Source of the DNA: Lama guanicoe
Taxonomy: Eukaryota
Direction: 5' to 3'
Length of the DNA stretch: 64,000 nt
Assembly: GCA_013239625.1 (NCBI GenBank)
Contig: MU054187.1
Span: 20,304,897 to 20,368,896 of the forward strand
The position numbers were made by a program, and so were the translations under genes. Positions 40,381 to 53,325 of the stretch are shown here, in pieces. The notes beneath the pieces were generated by a model. That model did no database searches, was not told the DNA's origin, and worked only from the letters and a program-made list of their open reading frames with translations. Numbering within the stretch: the first letter of the stretch is position 1; every line of letters begins with the position of its first letter.

Positions 40381-41784
40381 AGAATAAACAAATAAAAAGA
40401 GAATGAAAGGACCAAAGAAAAGCAAATCTTATAAAATACATAGAAGAAATCCATGTGTGAAACCTGCAGTGAGGTTAGTATTTCTGTTGAGCTAAATGAT
40501 AATTACATCGATACCAGATGCACAGTTGAATTTAGATTTAGGTTTTTGAGTTCCAGTCTCTGAAATCCATTTTATCTGATGCTCAATCTTTATCCCTAAT
40601 GATGTTTATTACAATGTTGAGCTAGTAACCGTTTTAGCCTCTAAAAGTATATTAAATTTTGAAGGTCCCTTCTATATTTTTATCAGTTATAGATTTGATA
40701 AGCCCATATTAATTCTTCATGAAATCATGACTGAAATTCATGGACAAAATGAAGCTTGAGTGAAGTTTAAGTCAATTAATCAATGTGGTTTAAAGTAAAT
40801 TCAGTTAATTCAGCCAAGTGCTATTCTTAAACCAAGTAGTAGTTGAATGATAGAGCTTCCTTAAAAATATTTTAAAATATTACATCATTTGTTCCAATGA
40901 GTGGACCAATCACCTCCAATTATTTTATAATTGTAAACACATTACCAAAGTTACTTCAATTGTCGTTTGGATTTTTACAAAATTGAATTCTATTCAAGTT
41001 TTAATTTACATGAGAATGGTATTATAATTCTGGACACTCACTGGCATATTTCTATAGTTGAAGTTCTGAAAATGCTCCATATGGTGTCAACATTATTTCT
41101 TTGGAAGTTTGTCCAAATTTTTTTCTCACAAAAGTAATTTTTGCTTTTATTCTAAAAACCTTGCTTTTGAAATGCTTTTCTCTTCTGTAATATGAGAAGG
41201 ATCACTGCTTAAATGGAGTTTCTAGCTTAATGAGGCAAAAAAGGCTACTAAAAATAATTACACAATAAGTTGTTAACTTCTATTGCGGTAAATTCAATGA
41301 ATGAATAATTCAGTATAATCCACATAGAAGCTTCTATGTCAGTTTAAAGCAGAGTGTAAAGTGGTAAGACCAGTTGGTTGAAGGAAGTCACACGTAAATA
41401 TCTGATTTTATAAGTATCCAGGCCAGAGATCAGTAGAAGGTGTGACAATTCCATGCACAAGTAATAGTATCTTGGAAGATCTTAATGAGGAAAGGAGCGT
41501 GACAAATTCAAGAAAATTAAAGGAGGAGAATCTGCTAAAATAAATGTAGCAAAAGTAGAGACTTTGGATGTGAGGGTGGAGAAGGATGAGGGGTCAGATT
41601 ATACAAAAACTTGAAAGCCCCAGTAAATAGTTCAGACTTCAGAAGCTTTTAATGAATGGTTACAATCAGAAACTAAGAAGTGGGGTGATTTTGCCTGTGA
41701 ATGATTTCTCTGTCTCTTGAAGGGAATAATGAATTGTAAAGGAAGAGTGGATACACTACATGTGGTGGAAGGCTATTACAATAT

Positions 41785-42011
41785 ATACTATCCACTATGT
41801 ATAAAATATATAATATATACTGTATGTAAAATAGATAAACAGCAAGTTTCTTCTGTATAGCATGGGGAACTATATCCAGTATCAAGTAGTAACATGATGA
41901 AAAAAATATGAAAATGAATATATGTGTGTATATATATGGTTGATCTTTTATGCTGTACACTAGAAATTGACACAACATTGTACACTGACTATACTTCAAT
42001 AAAAAAAAAAA
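41785..42011 (+). mobile_element. LINE-1 3' end with poly(A)
   Basis: AAATAGATAAACAGCAAG...CTGTATAGCATGGGGAACTATATCCAG...GACTATACTTCAATAAAAAAAAAA; reverse complement of the 26220-26420 L1 end. Confidence 0.9.
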
Positions 42012-42122
42012 TCTGAGTCCCTCCTAGAAACACCCTCACAGACACACTCAGAATAACATTTAACAACATATATGGCCACCTTGTGACCTGGTCACATTGA
42101 CATGTTAAATTAACCACCGTGC
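42012..42122 (-). mobile_element. MLT2-type (ERVL) LTR, 5' ~110 bp only
   Basis: AGAAACACCCTCACAGACACACTCAGAATAA...TTGACATGTTAAATTAACCA. Confidence 0.75.
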
Positions 42123-42724
42123 AAGATATGAATAATAACCCGCACCAGTTTACCATTTGGTCCTGGGCAGGACACGGAGAGAGACCACACGCATGGAAAG
42201 CCTAAAGCTCAGAGCGGATGAGGAGCACGGGGAAAAAGCCCTCAAGCAAACTATCACCCATGTTAAGAACAATGTAAAGCTGGATAGTTTTGATACTAAT
42301 TTTCTTCTGTTTTTAATGGCCTTTTAAAATACTTTTTTAAACTTGTTTGAAATGTCTTTATTACAAGTACGTTAATTTTACAAATGCATGCAAAATGAGT
42401 GTCACTTCCTTTCACAGAAAGAACACAGTACTGAATACAGCTTGTAGGTAGCTTGTCAGACACATTTCCATCACAGTTATTGTAAACACTCACTACGTGA
42501 GTTACAGAGTGGGAATTACTTACTCTTTTAAAATTTTTTAAAATTGATGTAGAGTTGATTCACAAAAGATGAGGGTACAATTAGTAATCCATATGAGAGA
42601 AAAAGAAATCTAATTTAATAGTTTGTTCTATATACAAAACAGTTCAATAAGGATACATTTTGACTTATATAAATTCAAAACTACTGATATTTGCAAAGAT
42701 AAACCATAGATAGAGGGAGATGGC

Positions 42725-43335
42725 TGTATAACATTTATCTGATAAAGATCCTTTATCCAGAATATGAGAACTCTCAGAACTCTATAAGAAAACAAACAAC
42801 CCAAGAAAAAAAATTGATAAAATATTAAACAAATGCTTCACCAAGAAATGTATATAAATGGAAAATAAGCTAATGATAATATGCCCCAAATTATTTACTA
42901 AGGAAATTCAAATTAAAACCACAATGAGATGCCAATATATATTTATTAGAAAGGCTAAAAGCAAGCACACAAAAGCAAAATAAAACAAAAATGCAGAGGG
43001 TCGATGAGAAAGGAAAGCATAGGAACTCTCATTCATTGATGGCTGTAGTACAAACTGGTACACTCACTTTGGAAAACTGTGTTTCTCAAATTAAATATAA
43101 ATATGCCACATGAGCCAGTAATTCCACCATATATCCAAAAGAAATAAAACATTTATGTTCATACAAAAACCTTTATTCATAATCAGCAAGGACTCATCCC
43201 AAGGAACCTTCAGAGCTGAACTGATAAATCATGGTAAATTGATACAATGGAATATGACACAGCTATGAAAGGGAATACATTGTTGATAGATTCTACAACA
43301 TGGAATAATCAAAAGTGCATATGTTGAAAGAAAGC
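42725..43335 (+). mobile_element. Old L1M ORF2-end / 3' fragment
   Basis: TCTGATAAAG...ATCCAGAATAT...CAAATTAAAACCACAATGAGAT...GGAACTCTCATTCATTG...CACTTTGGAAAAC...ACAATGGAATA. Confidence 0.8.
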
Positions 43336-44635
43336 CTCTCGTCTAGTATGTTAGTAGTAGTTATGAAATACATACACAGATTAGTTTGTTTTTATTAGGT
43401 TGAGTCGTTCCTTTCTTCCAATTCAGTTGTAGAACTATATTTCCTCATCTAATTTCCCTGTGCAAATTTCATCAATGTCATATCTAACTGTTTTCATATA
43501 CTTCTGAGTAATGGAGCTTGTGATGAAAGCTTTTACTAAATGGGGTCTGAAGTTTCTGAAAGACTAGAGTCCCCTGTAACAGAAAAGACAGAAAGTCACT
43601 GTTGTCTTCACAGAAGTGATTCAAATTGACTGATAATTCTTAAGATTTTTCAAACACTGCATTACATTTTTTGGGGGGGCAATGTAGTTTTCCTATCCTT
43701 CAATGAAGTGTTTCCAACAGATACTAATACAAGATATAAAACTGATTTTGAGTAACTCCTCACTTGCTGACATACAGTAGATAATTTTGGCAACTCTCTC
43801 TGATTTATTTGCAGTCATCACTTAGGGAATTGGGGGTTTTCTTTGAGTCTGACAATGTTTCATTCAGGGTGATCACAATCCTTTCTGTGAAATACCCAGT
43901 TTTTAAACAAACGGGATAACTAACAGGAGACTTCATTTGCAATTACAGAAAAACAAGTTGTCTCATGCAGGAAGATCTCTGCATTTTCTTTCATGGTATT
44001 TTGCAACCACATTTACAAACAATGAATTTAGCAGACCCAGGGTTGAGTGCACATCTTTATTATAATGTGCTATGGTTTTACCTACTTCAACTGTCACCAG
44101 CATAATGAAACCTGACTTTGATGAACATGCCTAACAAGAAAACAAAAAATCCACCGAACAGAATCCAGCAAGCAACAATATGTTTAATGCTATAGCAGCA
44201 CAATTTATCCACAACCTTTTGACATTTGATTGGAGCTATTCACGGGAAGCATACTTCATTCCCTTTATCAAGACCTCCAGGTTTGGATTTATTTTCTGAG
44301 AGGATAATCCTGCTGTATGTTCAGTAATTCCGCAGTTGAAGCATTTAGTCACTGATCTGTTGCAATAATATGATAGGAATAAAACGGGTTACTTCTTGAA
44401 GGAATGGATTTTGCATTATAAATATGTAGTCATAGAGCAAATACAGAAAGCACTGAGTAAAAATCTCCACGTCCTAGAATTATGCATGTGTTTTATATTA
44501 GAGATTTGGAATGTATTTAACATTGCCCTTAGGCCAAATGCCTAGAGGAAGAGAAGGATGCTGATATAATATATATTTCTGAGCAAACTCAGAAAAAGGA
44601 CCAAATTTAAGGCCATGAGAACCCAGGCAATTTGG

Positions 44636-44697
44636 AACTGTCTAATTACGGAAAAAATGATCTCATAACTGTCTAATTACATAAAAAATGATCTCAT
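44636..44697. repeat. 31-bp tandem duplication
   Basis: AACTGTCTAATTAC[GG/AT]AAAAAATGATCTCAT twice. Confidence 0.92.
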
Positions 44698-45394
44698 TAT
44701 TATAGCCTTATAAAATGTAGATTTTCTATTTTAATATTTTGCTGCCTTCTTACTGTCAATTATTTCTCGCTGCTGCTCTGCTTATATATTTAAAAAAATT
44801 TACAGCAATGTTGCTAGTCTATGAGCAAACACAAAGGTATTTTTGATATATCTAAATATATAATCAAATATATATTTAAAGTCATATTATATTTCATTAT
44901 AATTATCATATTGTAATATAAACTACTATACTTAATATATCTATACATATCTTATCAAAGATGAATATAGCTTGTTTCAACCTTAATCATATTCAGGTAT
45001 TTAACTTAATGAAGCAATTTAACTCTTCATTACCTAACGTGAATATGTTAATTACAAGTTTGCTGAAATTCCTATTCTTAGTCTTTTATAAGTTCCCTTG
45101 AATGCATAATATTCACATCATATTCTAAATAATTCAAATTTCTTTTTATGTTTATTTTGTTCTTTATTATCACCAATCCTGCTAATTGAAAGCAGGTTCT
45201 ACTTCTTATTGCAAATTTCTTCCTTCTGATTCACTTTTCAAGTCATTTACAAAACTGCTGAATTCATGCATTAAGCTGTTCTAATTACCAAATGAAGAGT
45301 TTTCATTTTTTTAATCCTTATCTCTTTGTGACATCTGACACTTTCTAAGACCTTCTATTTGAAATGTTTCCTGCTTCTGGATTATAATCTAATA

Positions 45395-45628
45395 GTTTCT
45401 TATAAGGAAAAAAAAGAAGAGAAACACCAGAGATGCATGCACTGAGGAAGGATCACAGGAGGACGGTGAGAAGGTGGCCATCTGCAAGCCCAGGAGAGAA
45501 GCTCCAGGAGAAGCCAGCTCTGTTAGCACCTTGATCTTGGACTTCCAGACTCCAGGGCTGTGAGGTGATAAATTTCTGCTGAGTCACTCAGTGATATTTC
45601 GTTATGACTTCCCTAGCAAACTGATACA
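45395..45628 (+). mobile_element. ERVL-MaLR LTR 3' half (MLT1A/B-like)
   Basis: GAAGGTGGCCATCTGCAAGCC...CACCTTGATCTTGGACTTCCAG...CCCTAGCAAACTGATACA. Confidence 0.85.
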
Positions 45629-45738
45629 AACAGCATGTATTGTTTCACGTGTCCAAGATACGCCGTGAAGACTACTTCATCAGGACTCCAAGGACAGTGT
45701 CAGTGTCTCCGCCCTGCTCAGATGTATTGTAAGATCAA

Positions 45739-45855
45739 GGTTATGGTCTGAATGATTTTGTCCGCTCCTAAATTTGTATATTTAAGCCTAAGGCCCCAAG
45801 TGATGTGGTGACTTTGGGGGCTGCTTAGTGTGGGATTATTGGCTTCGTACAAGAG
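45739..45855 (+). mobile_element. ERVL-MaLR LTR 5' fragment (MLT1A-like)
   Basis: TTATGGTCTGAATG...AAATTTGTATATTTAAGCCTAA...TGGGATTA...TACAAGAG. Confidence 0.6.
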
Positions 45856-45859
45856 CATA

Positions 45860-46355
45860 GAACCTCGCAGTGCGACGGAGTGCCTCATCCCTGACAACCT
45901 CGCCCAAGGGCAGATGCAGAAAAATACGGGGAGACTCCAGCACCCTCAAGCAGGTTTGTGCTGCAGTGCCTATGCTTCAGCCTCTCCCTGTGACGAGACG
46001 TGCCCGGCACCTACGAGGGCAGATTTCTGAGAATATTCCATTGGCATGACACCACGATGACATTTTCTGCCATGCGGTAAGTCGCAGGCTGTATTCTCCT
46101 CAACTAGGTCAGGATTCCAGCCTTGGGGCCGGAAGTGGGGATCCCTTCCTTGGATGCTCCAGCTCAGCTTCCGTCCTGGGGGTAAGGGCGGAGGGCTACG
46201 CCGGCGGTTTCACAGCCGTAGTTGTTGTCACTTCCACTGTTCTTAGTGTTGTCCGCTCTCACACTCCTGTTCCCCGCCCCCCCCGTTTTGGTTTGTTCTG
46301 TGCTCTGAAATCCTGAACCCAGCTCTGCCCTTCATTGGTAGCCAGGCTCCCCTGC
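45860..46355 (+). mobile_element. ERVL LTR (LTR40/LTR41-like), unusually CpG-rich
   Basis: GAGGGCAGATTTC...CACCACGATGACATTTTCTGCCATGC...CAACTAGGTCAGGATTCCAGCCTTGGGG...CTTCCTTGGATGCTC resembles remembered LTR40/41 sequence. Confidence 0.5.
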
Positions 46356-46864
46356 TGTCAACTGAAATAAAGTGCACATCTTAAAAGCTGAGGGTTCTGT
46401 TTTATTTGGCGGACATTTCTGAGAACTTGAGACTTAAGCCCGGGATGACAGCCTTTCAGGTCCCTCTGAAGGACTCCTTTGAAGAGGTAGGGGAGGAGCC
46501 GGAATATAGAGGAGTTTTTACAACAAAGACCAGATCATCAGAACATCAAAAGGTTACTGTTAATTAAAGAAAACCAGACATCTCAACTTTAAAGAATTTA
46601 GCTCTTTTCTATGTATGGGAAGGCACAAAGGTCTAGGCTCCTTGAAATCATTCCTTTGATATGCACCTAGCTCTCTAGGGCCAGTATCCTGTTCTTTCCC
46701 ATCCTGAGCTCCCTCAGGGGCACTGTTGTGGGTGGCTGCAGAGGCCGGGCTGCCTGCTTGTCCGCATCCTTCGCTCACTGTTGGGGGTGGCATTAGTGGC
46801 TGATGACTTGATGGCCACAGCATTCTTTGTTTACTGATATGGCTTGCAATATTTTTTGTTCATA
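46356..46864 (-). mobile_element. ERV1-class solo LTR (~510 bp), cetartiodactyl type
   Basis: Ends TGTCAACTGAAA and GTTCATA; 4-bp TSD CTGC (46352-46355) / CTGT (46865-46868); minus-strand AATAAA at ~46401. Confidence 0.85.
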
Positions 46865-48609
46865 CTGTGCTTATAGAAACATCCATCCCTTAACAGAATG
46901 TTGGATACTTTTACTTCACCTGATTCCGTGCACTTTCTAGAATTATTTTCTACCTTCTTTTGACCTGCACAGATAAATTCCAAGGTGTGAGCAGATTATG
47001 CTGGGCAAGCATTGGGCGGGAAGAGAAACTTGTGCCAACACCAAGAACGTATTGCAATCAAATTATCTTTAAATGTTTTTAAATCTGTGAGTTAAATTGC
47101 CCGCAATTCATTCGTTGAACAAAGATTTATATGTGCACAATAGACATTATGAGGTAGAAGAGCAAGCAGTATGCTAGGAAATAGAAAACTGCTAACCAAA
47201 CATTTACATCATGCTAGGAAATATACTGTTTCATAGACATGACTATGTTTGATGTGCACCATAACTTTATGGCCACTGTTGTTCTTATACCTATTACATG
47301 GATGAAGAAACTGATATAGTAAGACTCCACAAGGTCACAAAGCAAGATACTATTCTCTGATCCTCAAAACTATACTGATTTTGCAAAATAAAAATAAGTA
47401 CTTTCCTCAATACCTTAACAAGAAGTTTTACTTCAGTTCTTTGAGTCAATATCAGGGCAGAAAATGAACAAAATTCTCTTAAACAAGAGACCTGAAAATG
47501 ATTTTCAACACTTGTCACTTACTATATTACATATTTTGTCTTAGTCATGTAAATTTTAATTTTAATCCTAAAATTTTAATTTCCTTTAAAATTAGGGTGT
47601 CTAGTCCAGACCAAAATTCATGTGTTGAGTTCCTATCATGAAGAAGGAAGAGAACTAACACTGAGTAGCCAGAATATAAGAATAGAAAAAAGATTCCATT
47701 CATAGTGAATCATAGAGTAAGGTCTGAACTTGATTTTCTGTGTGTTTCTTTAATCGTTTTTAAATTTTAACAATAAGGTGAAATAAAAATTAAAAAATGA
47801 AAAAAATTATAATGTACAAATAGTTTCAACACAGATTTTCAAATTGTTTTGTTGGAAAGATTGTGGGCTTTGATCACTGCAGCTCACCTTTAGCCATCAG
47901 AGAAAGTTGAAGAAAAGAAAAAGAGTTATCAAATGAATTCAGAACTAATTTCAAGTCCTATGCACTTAAAATAAGTGTGTATTCATTATCAATTATAAGA
48001 AGTATAAAAATTGTTTTGAGCAATGTCTTTCAAGAACCTCAGTGTCCAACAGTCAATATGATTTTGCCTTTATAAGCTTTTGACTATGACAAAAACAGAA
48101 ACTATATCACTACTACAAGTATTTCTCCACAAGTGAATTTTGCATATTGCATTCTCCTCTTCTGTTTGCACACAGCTTTGTTCATGTTTTACAACTTTTA
48201 AAAAAATTTATAATGATGCAGGACTAAGTTTTTTATACAATAGGTTTTCAAAATTCCAAACTAGTGTGATATATTTTACTAAAGTGGATATAAAAGCTGG
48301 AAACATTTGTCATCTTATTAAACTCTAGATTGGTTTGGCTAATCAGAATAGCTAGATGGATCTCTCTTCTTTTCTGTAGGCTCAATTTATGTTCTATCAA
48401 AATTATATGCTTAGTTCTACTCCCTGGGGCCTAAAATCCTTCATCCAGTGCTAAAAAATCTCCATAATCTGTTTTCGTTCATTTTTAGCCCGCCTAATAT
48501 CCTACTTACTTCAAACAGAACTCTTCCATTTTAGTGAGACTGGTAATCCATATATTTATGGAGTTGTAACTGAATTACATTTTCTCCCAATCTTTTTCTC
48601 ATTGCTCTT

Positions 48610-49170
48610 GAATTATTTATTCATTCAATAGTCATTCATTTATTCATTGTGCACATATTTACTGAGCATCAACTTTGACCAGGATTACATATCTTCACTC
48701 ATGGAATTTATATTCTAATAGCTAAATATTTATTGGAATGCTTAATTTTTCTACATCGAGCTAGACATGAAAAACAAGAACAGAAAGACCTGGTATTTGA
48801 TCTTAAAAGGTCTTATAATGTATTGTTATCATGTGTGGAGAACACACATATACTTATGATGTGAACAAGATAATATAATAAGTTTTAAGAAAGGGAGAGG
48901 TGCAGAATGCTGTGTAAGACACTCAGAGAATGCTGGAATGATCAGGGAAATCTTTGTGATGGAAATGACACATGAGTTAAAATTTGAAGGATTATTAAAA
49001 AAATGAATAGGAAATGGTATTGTTGAGATAATCTCAAGAGCTTGATTCAGATTCTAAACTTTACATAACTCTGTTGGTCATCCTGCTATTCATGGAGAGA
49101 GTAAGCAAAAGAGAATGAGCTGGTTTAGAGGTGAGGGTGGTGTTTTCAGTTTTGAACATCAGGAACTCAA
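48610..49170 (-). mobile_element. L2 fragments
   Basis: TCATTCATTTATTCA...ATATTTACTGAGCATC...; GATCAGGGAAATCTT...GAGTTAAAATTTGAAGGAT...; TTCAGTTTTGAACAT. Confidence 0.6.
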
Positions 49171-49174
49171 CGTC

Positions 49175-49385
49175 AAAGCCATCACCTGATAGATGACAAG
49201 CTGTATGACATTAGTCAGATTTCTTCATTCTCTAAACCTCCATTGCTTTGCTCCAAATGGTCCTAATAATAGGAACTATCTCCTAGAATTTTTGTGAAAG
49301 TCAAAGGGACAATTTATGTAAAGCATTTAGCACAGTATCTGAAACGTGTTTGTCTATGGGCTCAAGCCATAACTCCTCAAATAAA
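49175..49385 (+). mobile_element. MIR
   Basis: AGCTGTATGAC...TAATAATAGGAACTATCTCCTAG...TGTAAAGCATTTAGCACAGTATCTG. Confidence 0.7.
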
Positions 49386-50009
49386 CATTCCTTTGTCAGC
49401 CCAAATCCTCTTTCAAAAATCTTATGGTTCAGATTTTTAAAGTCTACTTGTTCATTTTTAACAGTGTTTAAAAGCTTTCCTCAATTCGTATGTGTCAGTC
49501 TGGTTTCATTATTGCACAGTGATTTTACAATGTAGAATATAGATAATTTTCCAACTATTTTAACTCATCAGTTTTAAATTTTATTTTATTATGTATCTAT
49601 CCCAGTATTGCATTAGGTTAGAAAGTATTTAAAAAGAAGTGTATTCTGTGTTAGTGACTTTTACTTTATATCATATTACAGAATGCTGCTATACAGGCTT
49701 TGTAAGTGAATACAATCATTTTTAAAAATTTAATCACAGGAAGTCTTTCAATTTTATTTTCTGCCATGTCCCTTTTACCCCAAGTTATCTTTTTAAAGTT
49801 TCTTGTAAGAGATTCTGAGGGTTTCCATTTTCTTTGTTTGAATCTCCTTGATCCACTTGAAAGACAGAAAATATCCATGATTTTCTGCAACTGTATTGGG
49901 GAAGTTGGCTAGACTTTATTTTTATTTATTCAAACTTTTATTAACCAATTTATCTTCTGCCTCTTTATACATGCAAATATGCTATTGACAATGCAGCCAT
50001 TTCTTCTCA

Positions 50010-50130
50010 TTTTTTTCTTCCACTTTTATTGAGATATAATTGACATACAGCACTGTGTAAGTTTAAGCTATATAGCATATGACTTGACTTACATACATCA
50101 TGTAACAAGTACCACCATGAGTTTAGTGAA
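50010..50130 (-). mobile_element. L1MA-type 3' end fragment
   Basis: TTTTATTGAGATATAATTGACATACAGCACTGTGTAAGTTTAAG...GTTTAGTGAA. Confidence 0.75.
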
Positions 50131-50844
50131 AAGGATGTATATGCATATTATGTATATGATTTATGTGCATAAAATATTTCTGAATATCTCTGAAAGGGTA
50201 ATATTTTTGTGTTTGATGGGCTAAAGTAATTTGAATAATGCAATGTAATTATCATTTTTGTGACTTTGGTTATAAAGTGAGTTGGAGTCGAAAGTCTTGA
50301 ATACAAGTGTAATTAACTATATGAAATATATACAAATCAACTGGCAAAACAAGTTTAAGTTCTCCCTCACTAGAGATTATATTGGAAGTGCTAACCTTAT
50401 TGTTCAGGTGGATATGGTCTGTCCAATGAGTTTTCTTATTTGCTCATGTAAAATAGGTTAAATGTAGCTTTTTATTCATTTTCTACAGAGTGGTTTCTTT
50501 TGCCTTGCTGCCAGTGCAATGTTGTCTCTATATCATTGCATTAAGAGCTAGTAACTAGGATTCAGAAAACAACTATAGAATCAAACCTGCCTCTGTGATT
50601 TCTAAGTGTTCTGAGGAGTTTCACCCGCTGGGGTTATCTAGTCCTTAAAGAAAACTCCACTTTGTATTAGACCCTGGATTTTTAGAAGAAAAGATGGGAT
50701 ACCTAGAGGACCCCATTGGCACAGTTACATCTTACAAAAAGTTTATGAATTTACTGATTTCTAAACTACAATTTATCATCACTTTTCCCATGAAAGTGTC
50801 CTTATTTATCTCTACTTTATCTTTGATAAACTGTACTATTTTTT

Positions 50845-51102
50845 AAAAATTGAGTATAGTCAGTATAGAATATTGTGTCAGTCTCTGGTGTACAGCATAA
50901 TAGTTCATATATATATATATATCCCTTAATAGGTCATATATGTATATACTATATTCCATAATAGTACATATATATATATTTCCTTTCATATTATTTTTCA
51001 TTATAGGTTACTATAAGGTACTGAATATAGTTCCCTGTGCTATACAGTATTAACTTTCTGTTTATATGTTTTATATATAGTAGTTAGTATCTGCAAATCT
51101 CG
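50845..51102 (-). mobile_element. Short 5'-truncated LINE-1 with clear TSD
   Basis: L1 3' UTR flanked by ACTGTACTATTTTTT at 50830-50844 and 51103-51117, followed by a TTTT/AA endonuclease-type site. Confidence 0.92.
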
Positions 51103-53129
51103 ACTGTACTATTTTTTTTAAAAAATAAACACAGCTAACCTAAGACCATTGTATGTACTAAGCCTTTTTTGAAAATTTAGGTAAAACAGAGTGAGATTAG
51201 AACACGTCACATAGGAAAAAGATGGGAAGGAATCCACAAGTCAAGTTTAGACATTTGGAACCACTCGTTTATTCTTACCATCACAATGGTTAAGTAATTT
51301 TTGCCTGTTTTTCTTCTGGCAACCAGTGTATTGAGAATCCTCCCCTTTTTTCACTTCTTTTGTTTCTCAGCAATATCCTCCCATAACAATACCCATTTTT
51401 CAGGGCTCCAATTCCTGAGCTCTTGGATGTCCAGAGAAATTGTAATTTAGCCCTTCCTTTTCTCAACTTGTTCATAGCAATCATGGCTTAGCTTTCTTAA
51501 ACAAAAATACTATTTAACGTGCTTTTTAGTGCAGCCATCTATTTCTGAGGTGAAGCTGCCCCATAGTCCATCTCCAATGTGGAATCTCAGAAATCATTTT
51601 TCTCAGTAGTATTTTCCCCCCGATACACATATTGTGCCTTGATGTGATTTTAAAAATGACATTACTATTTTCGTTAATAATGAAGTTAATGACTTTAGGA
51701 AAAAGTCATATTAGTTATTAGACTTTTACATTAAAAAGCAAAGCAGAACATATCCTGAAGCTCAGCATACATTTTGTACTTTGTATGTATTGCATAGGCC
51801 TAATTACAGAACACAACAGGACTTGATGTATTAGTTTAAACTTGATGTGTTTTTCATTTCCTTTCTATTAAACTCTAATAAACAAAGTTTTAAAAGTCGC
51901 CCACAAAACTCCTTAAGGGGAAAAACAACTTGTTTAAATGAACTATCAATTTTCTAGAAACAAATCATTGAGTAGGAGAAATTGCTCATTAATTATTACA
52001 CCAACTGGAATCAAGGAATTGAGTAATATAATCACTTACTAAATGTAAGCAGAAATTCACTACCTTATTAAACATCTGCCAATATTAACTGAGAATGGCT
52101 AACAAACTTTAGTGCCTGGATACTGTTTGATCCCAATCTGAAAAGAGTCTTGGTATGCTGTCGATTAAAACGTTCGCCATACAACTAACATGACATGTCA
52201 TTTCCAATATCCTAGACTTACATGCAATTGAAGTGTCCTGAGATGTGTGGAATATTTTTAGAGGTTTTACATCCATATGACAACAGAAAACAAAGCTCCC
52301 TAAATCTGTGTTATCTCAGAAAATAAAATAAACTTCAAGAGCATTTTCCTTTGTGGGGTGTTTCTGAGTTTGCTCATCGATTGGAAACTGAGACATAAAA
52401 CTATACTTTATTGAAAGCCGATCTAGCATAAAAACCTGGAGTAAAATATTTGTCTTTAGGGAACTTCTACAGAAAACAGAAGAGAATTCAAGGCAAAAGT
52501 TGAACTTTATGTGATGTGTGAAATCTTTAGGTGAATTTTAGAGGGATAGATTTAATCTCCTTTGAGTAGGATACTTGCTAAGGTATGTGATTCAGACTAT
52601 GCTTGGATAAACTTTATCAAATAGCCTGAATCCATCCATAGTTTTTCAAGTTTGGAAACTGTTACTTTAAATTAAAACCAAACTGATGGGACTTATGATT
52701 CTGTGGCAAGTGAAAAGTTTATATTCTAGTTGGATCAACCACCTCAAAGAGGTCCATGCTTTGTCCATTCAACTATAGCTATTCATGCTATTAAATTTAT
52801 GTTAATTAATCTTGACTTTCCAATAGAGGTCTTGGAGGGAAAAATTCTAAAGCATATGTAGATGAAAGAGAAATTTCTACTGCCTTCCTAGATCTCCTCT
52901 TTTCAAATTATCTGTGTTCAGAGATAGGAAAATTTCAATTCTATTTAGATACCCGGATGCTGATCAGCTCTAGTTCCATATAGTATCACAGTATCACTCT
53001 AAGTTTCTGCCCTTGTGTTCCCCCTTTTCCTCTGCTTCCTTTCATGGTAGAGTTAAACTAGCATTTATAAAATGTATAGTTGCAATTTAAGACCAATGGC
53101 TAACATTCAAATGCTAGAAATTATTCTAA

Positions 53130-53325
53130 ATTCTTTAGAGGCACTAACCTATTTAAATCCTACAATAAATTGAGAGTATAGCTGCTTTTGGTGTCCCATT
53201 TTGCAGATGAATAAAATGAGGCACACACGTTTATATAAATAACTCACGATCACAATGCTATAAAGGGTGAGACATGAATAAAATGGGCAGATGAGATTCC
53301 CCATGGCATGATCTTACTCAAAACA
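53130..53325 (-). mobile_element. MIR
   Basis: ATTTAAATCCTACAA...CCCATTTTGCAGATGAATAAAATGAGGCAC. Confidence 0.7.
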
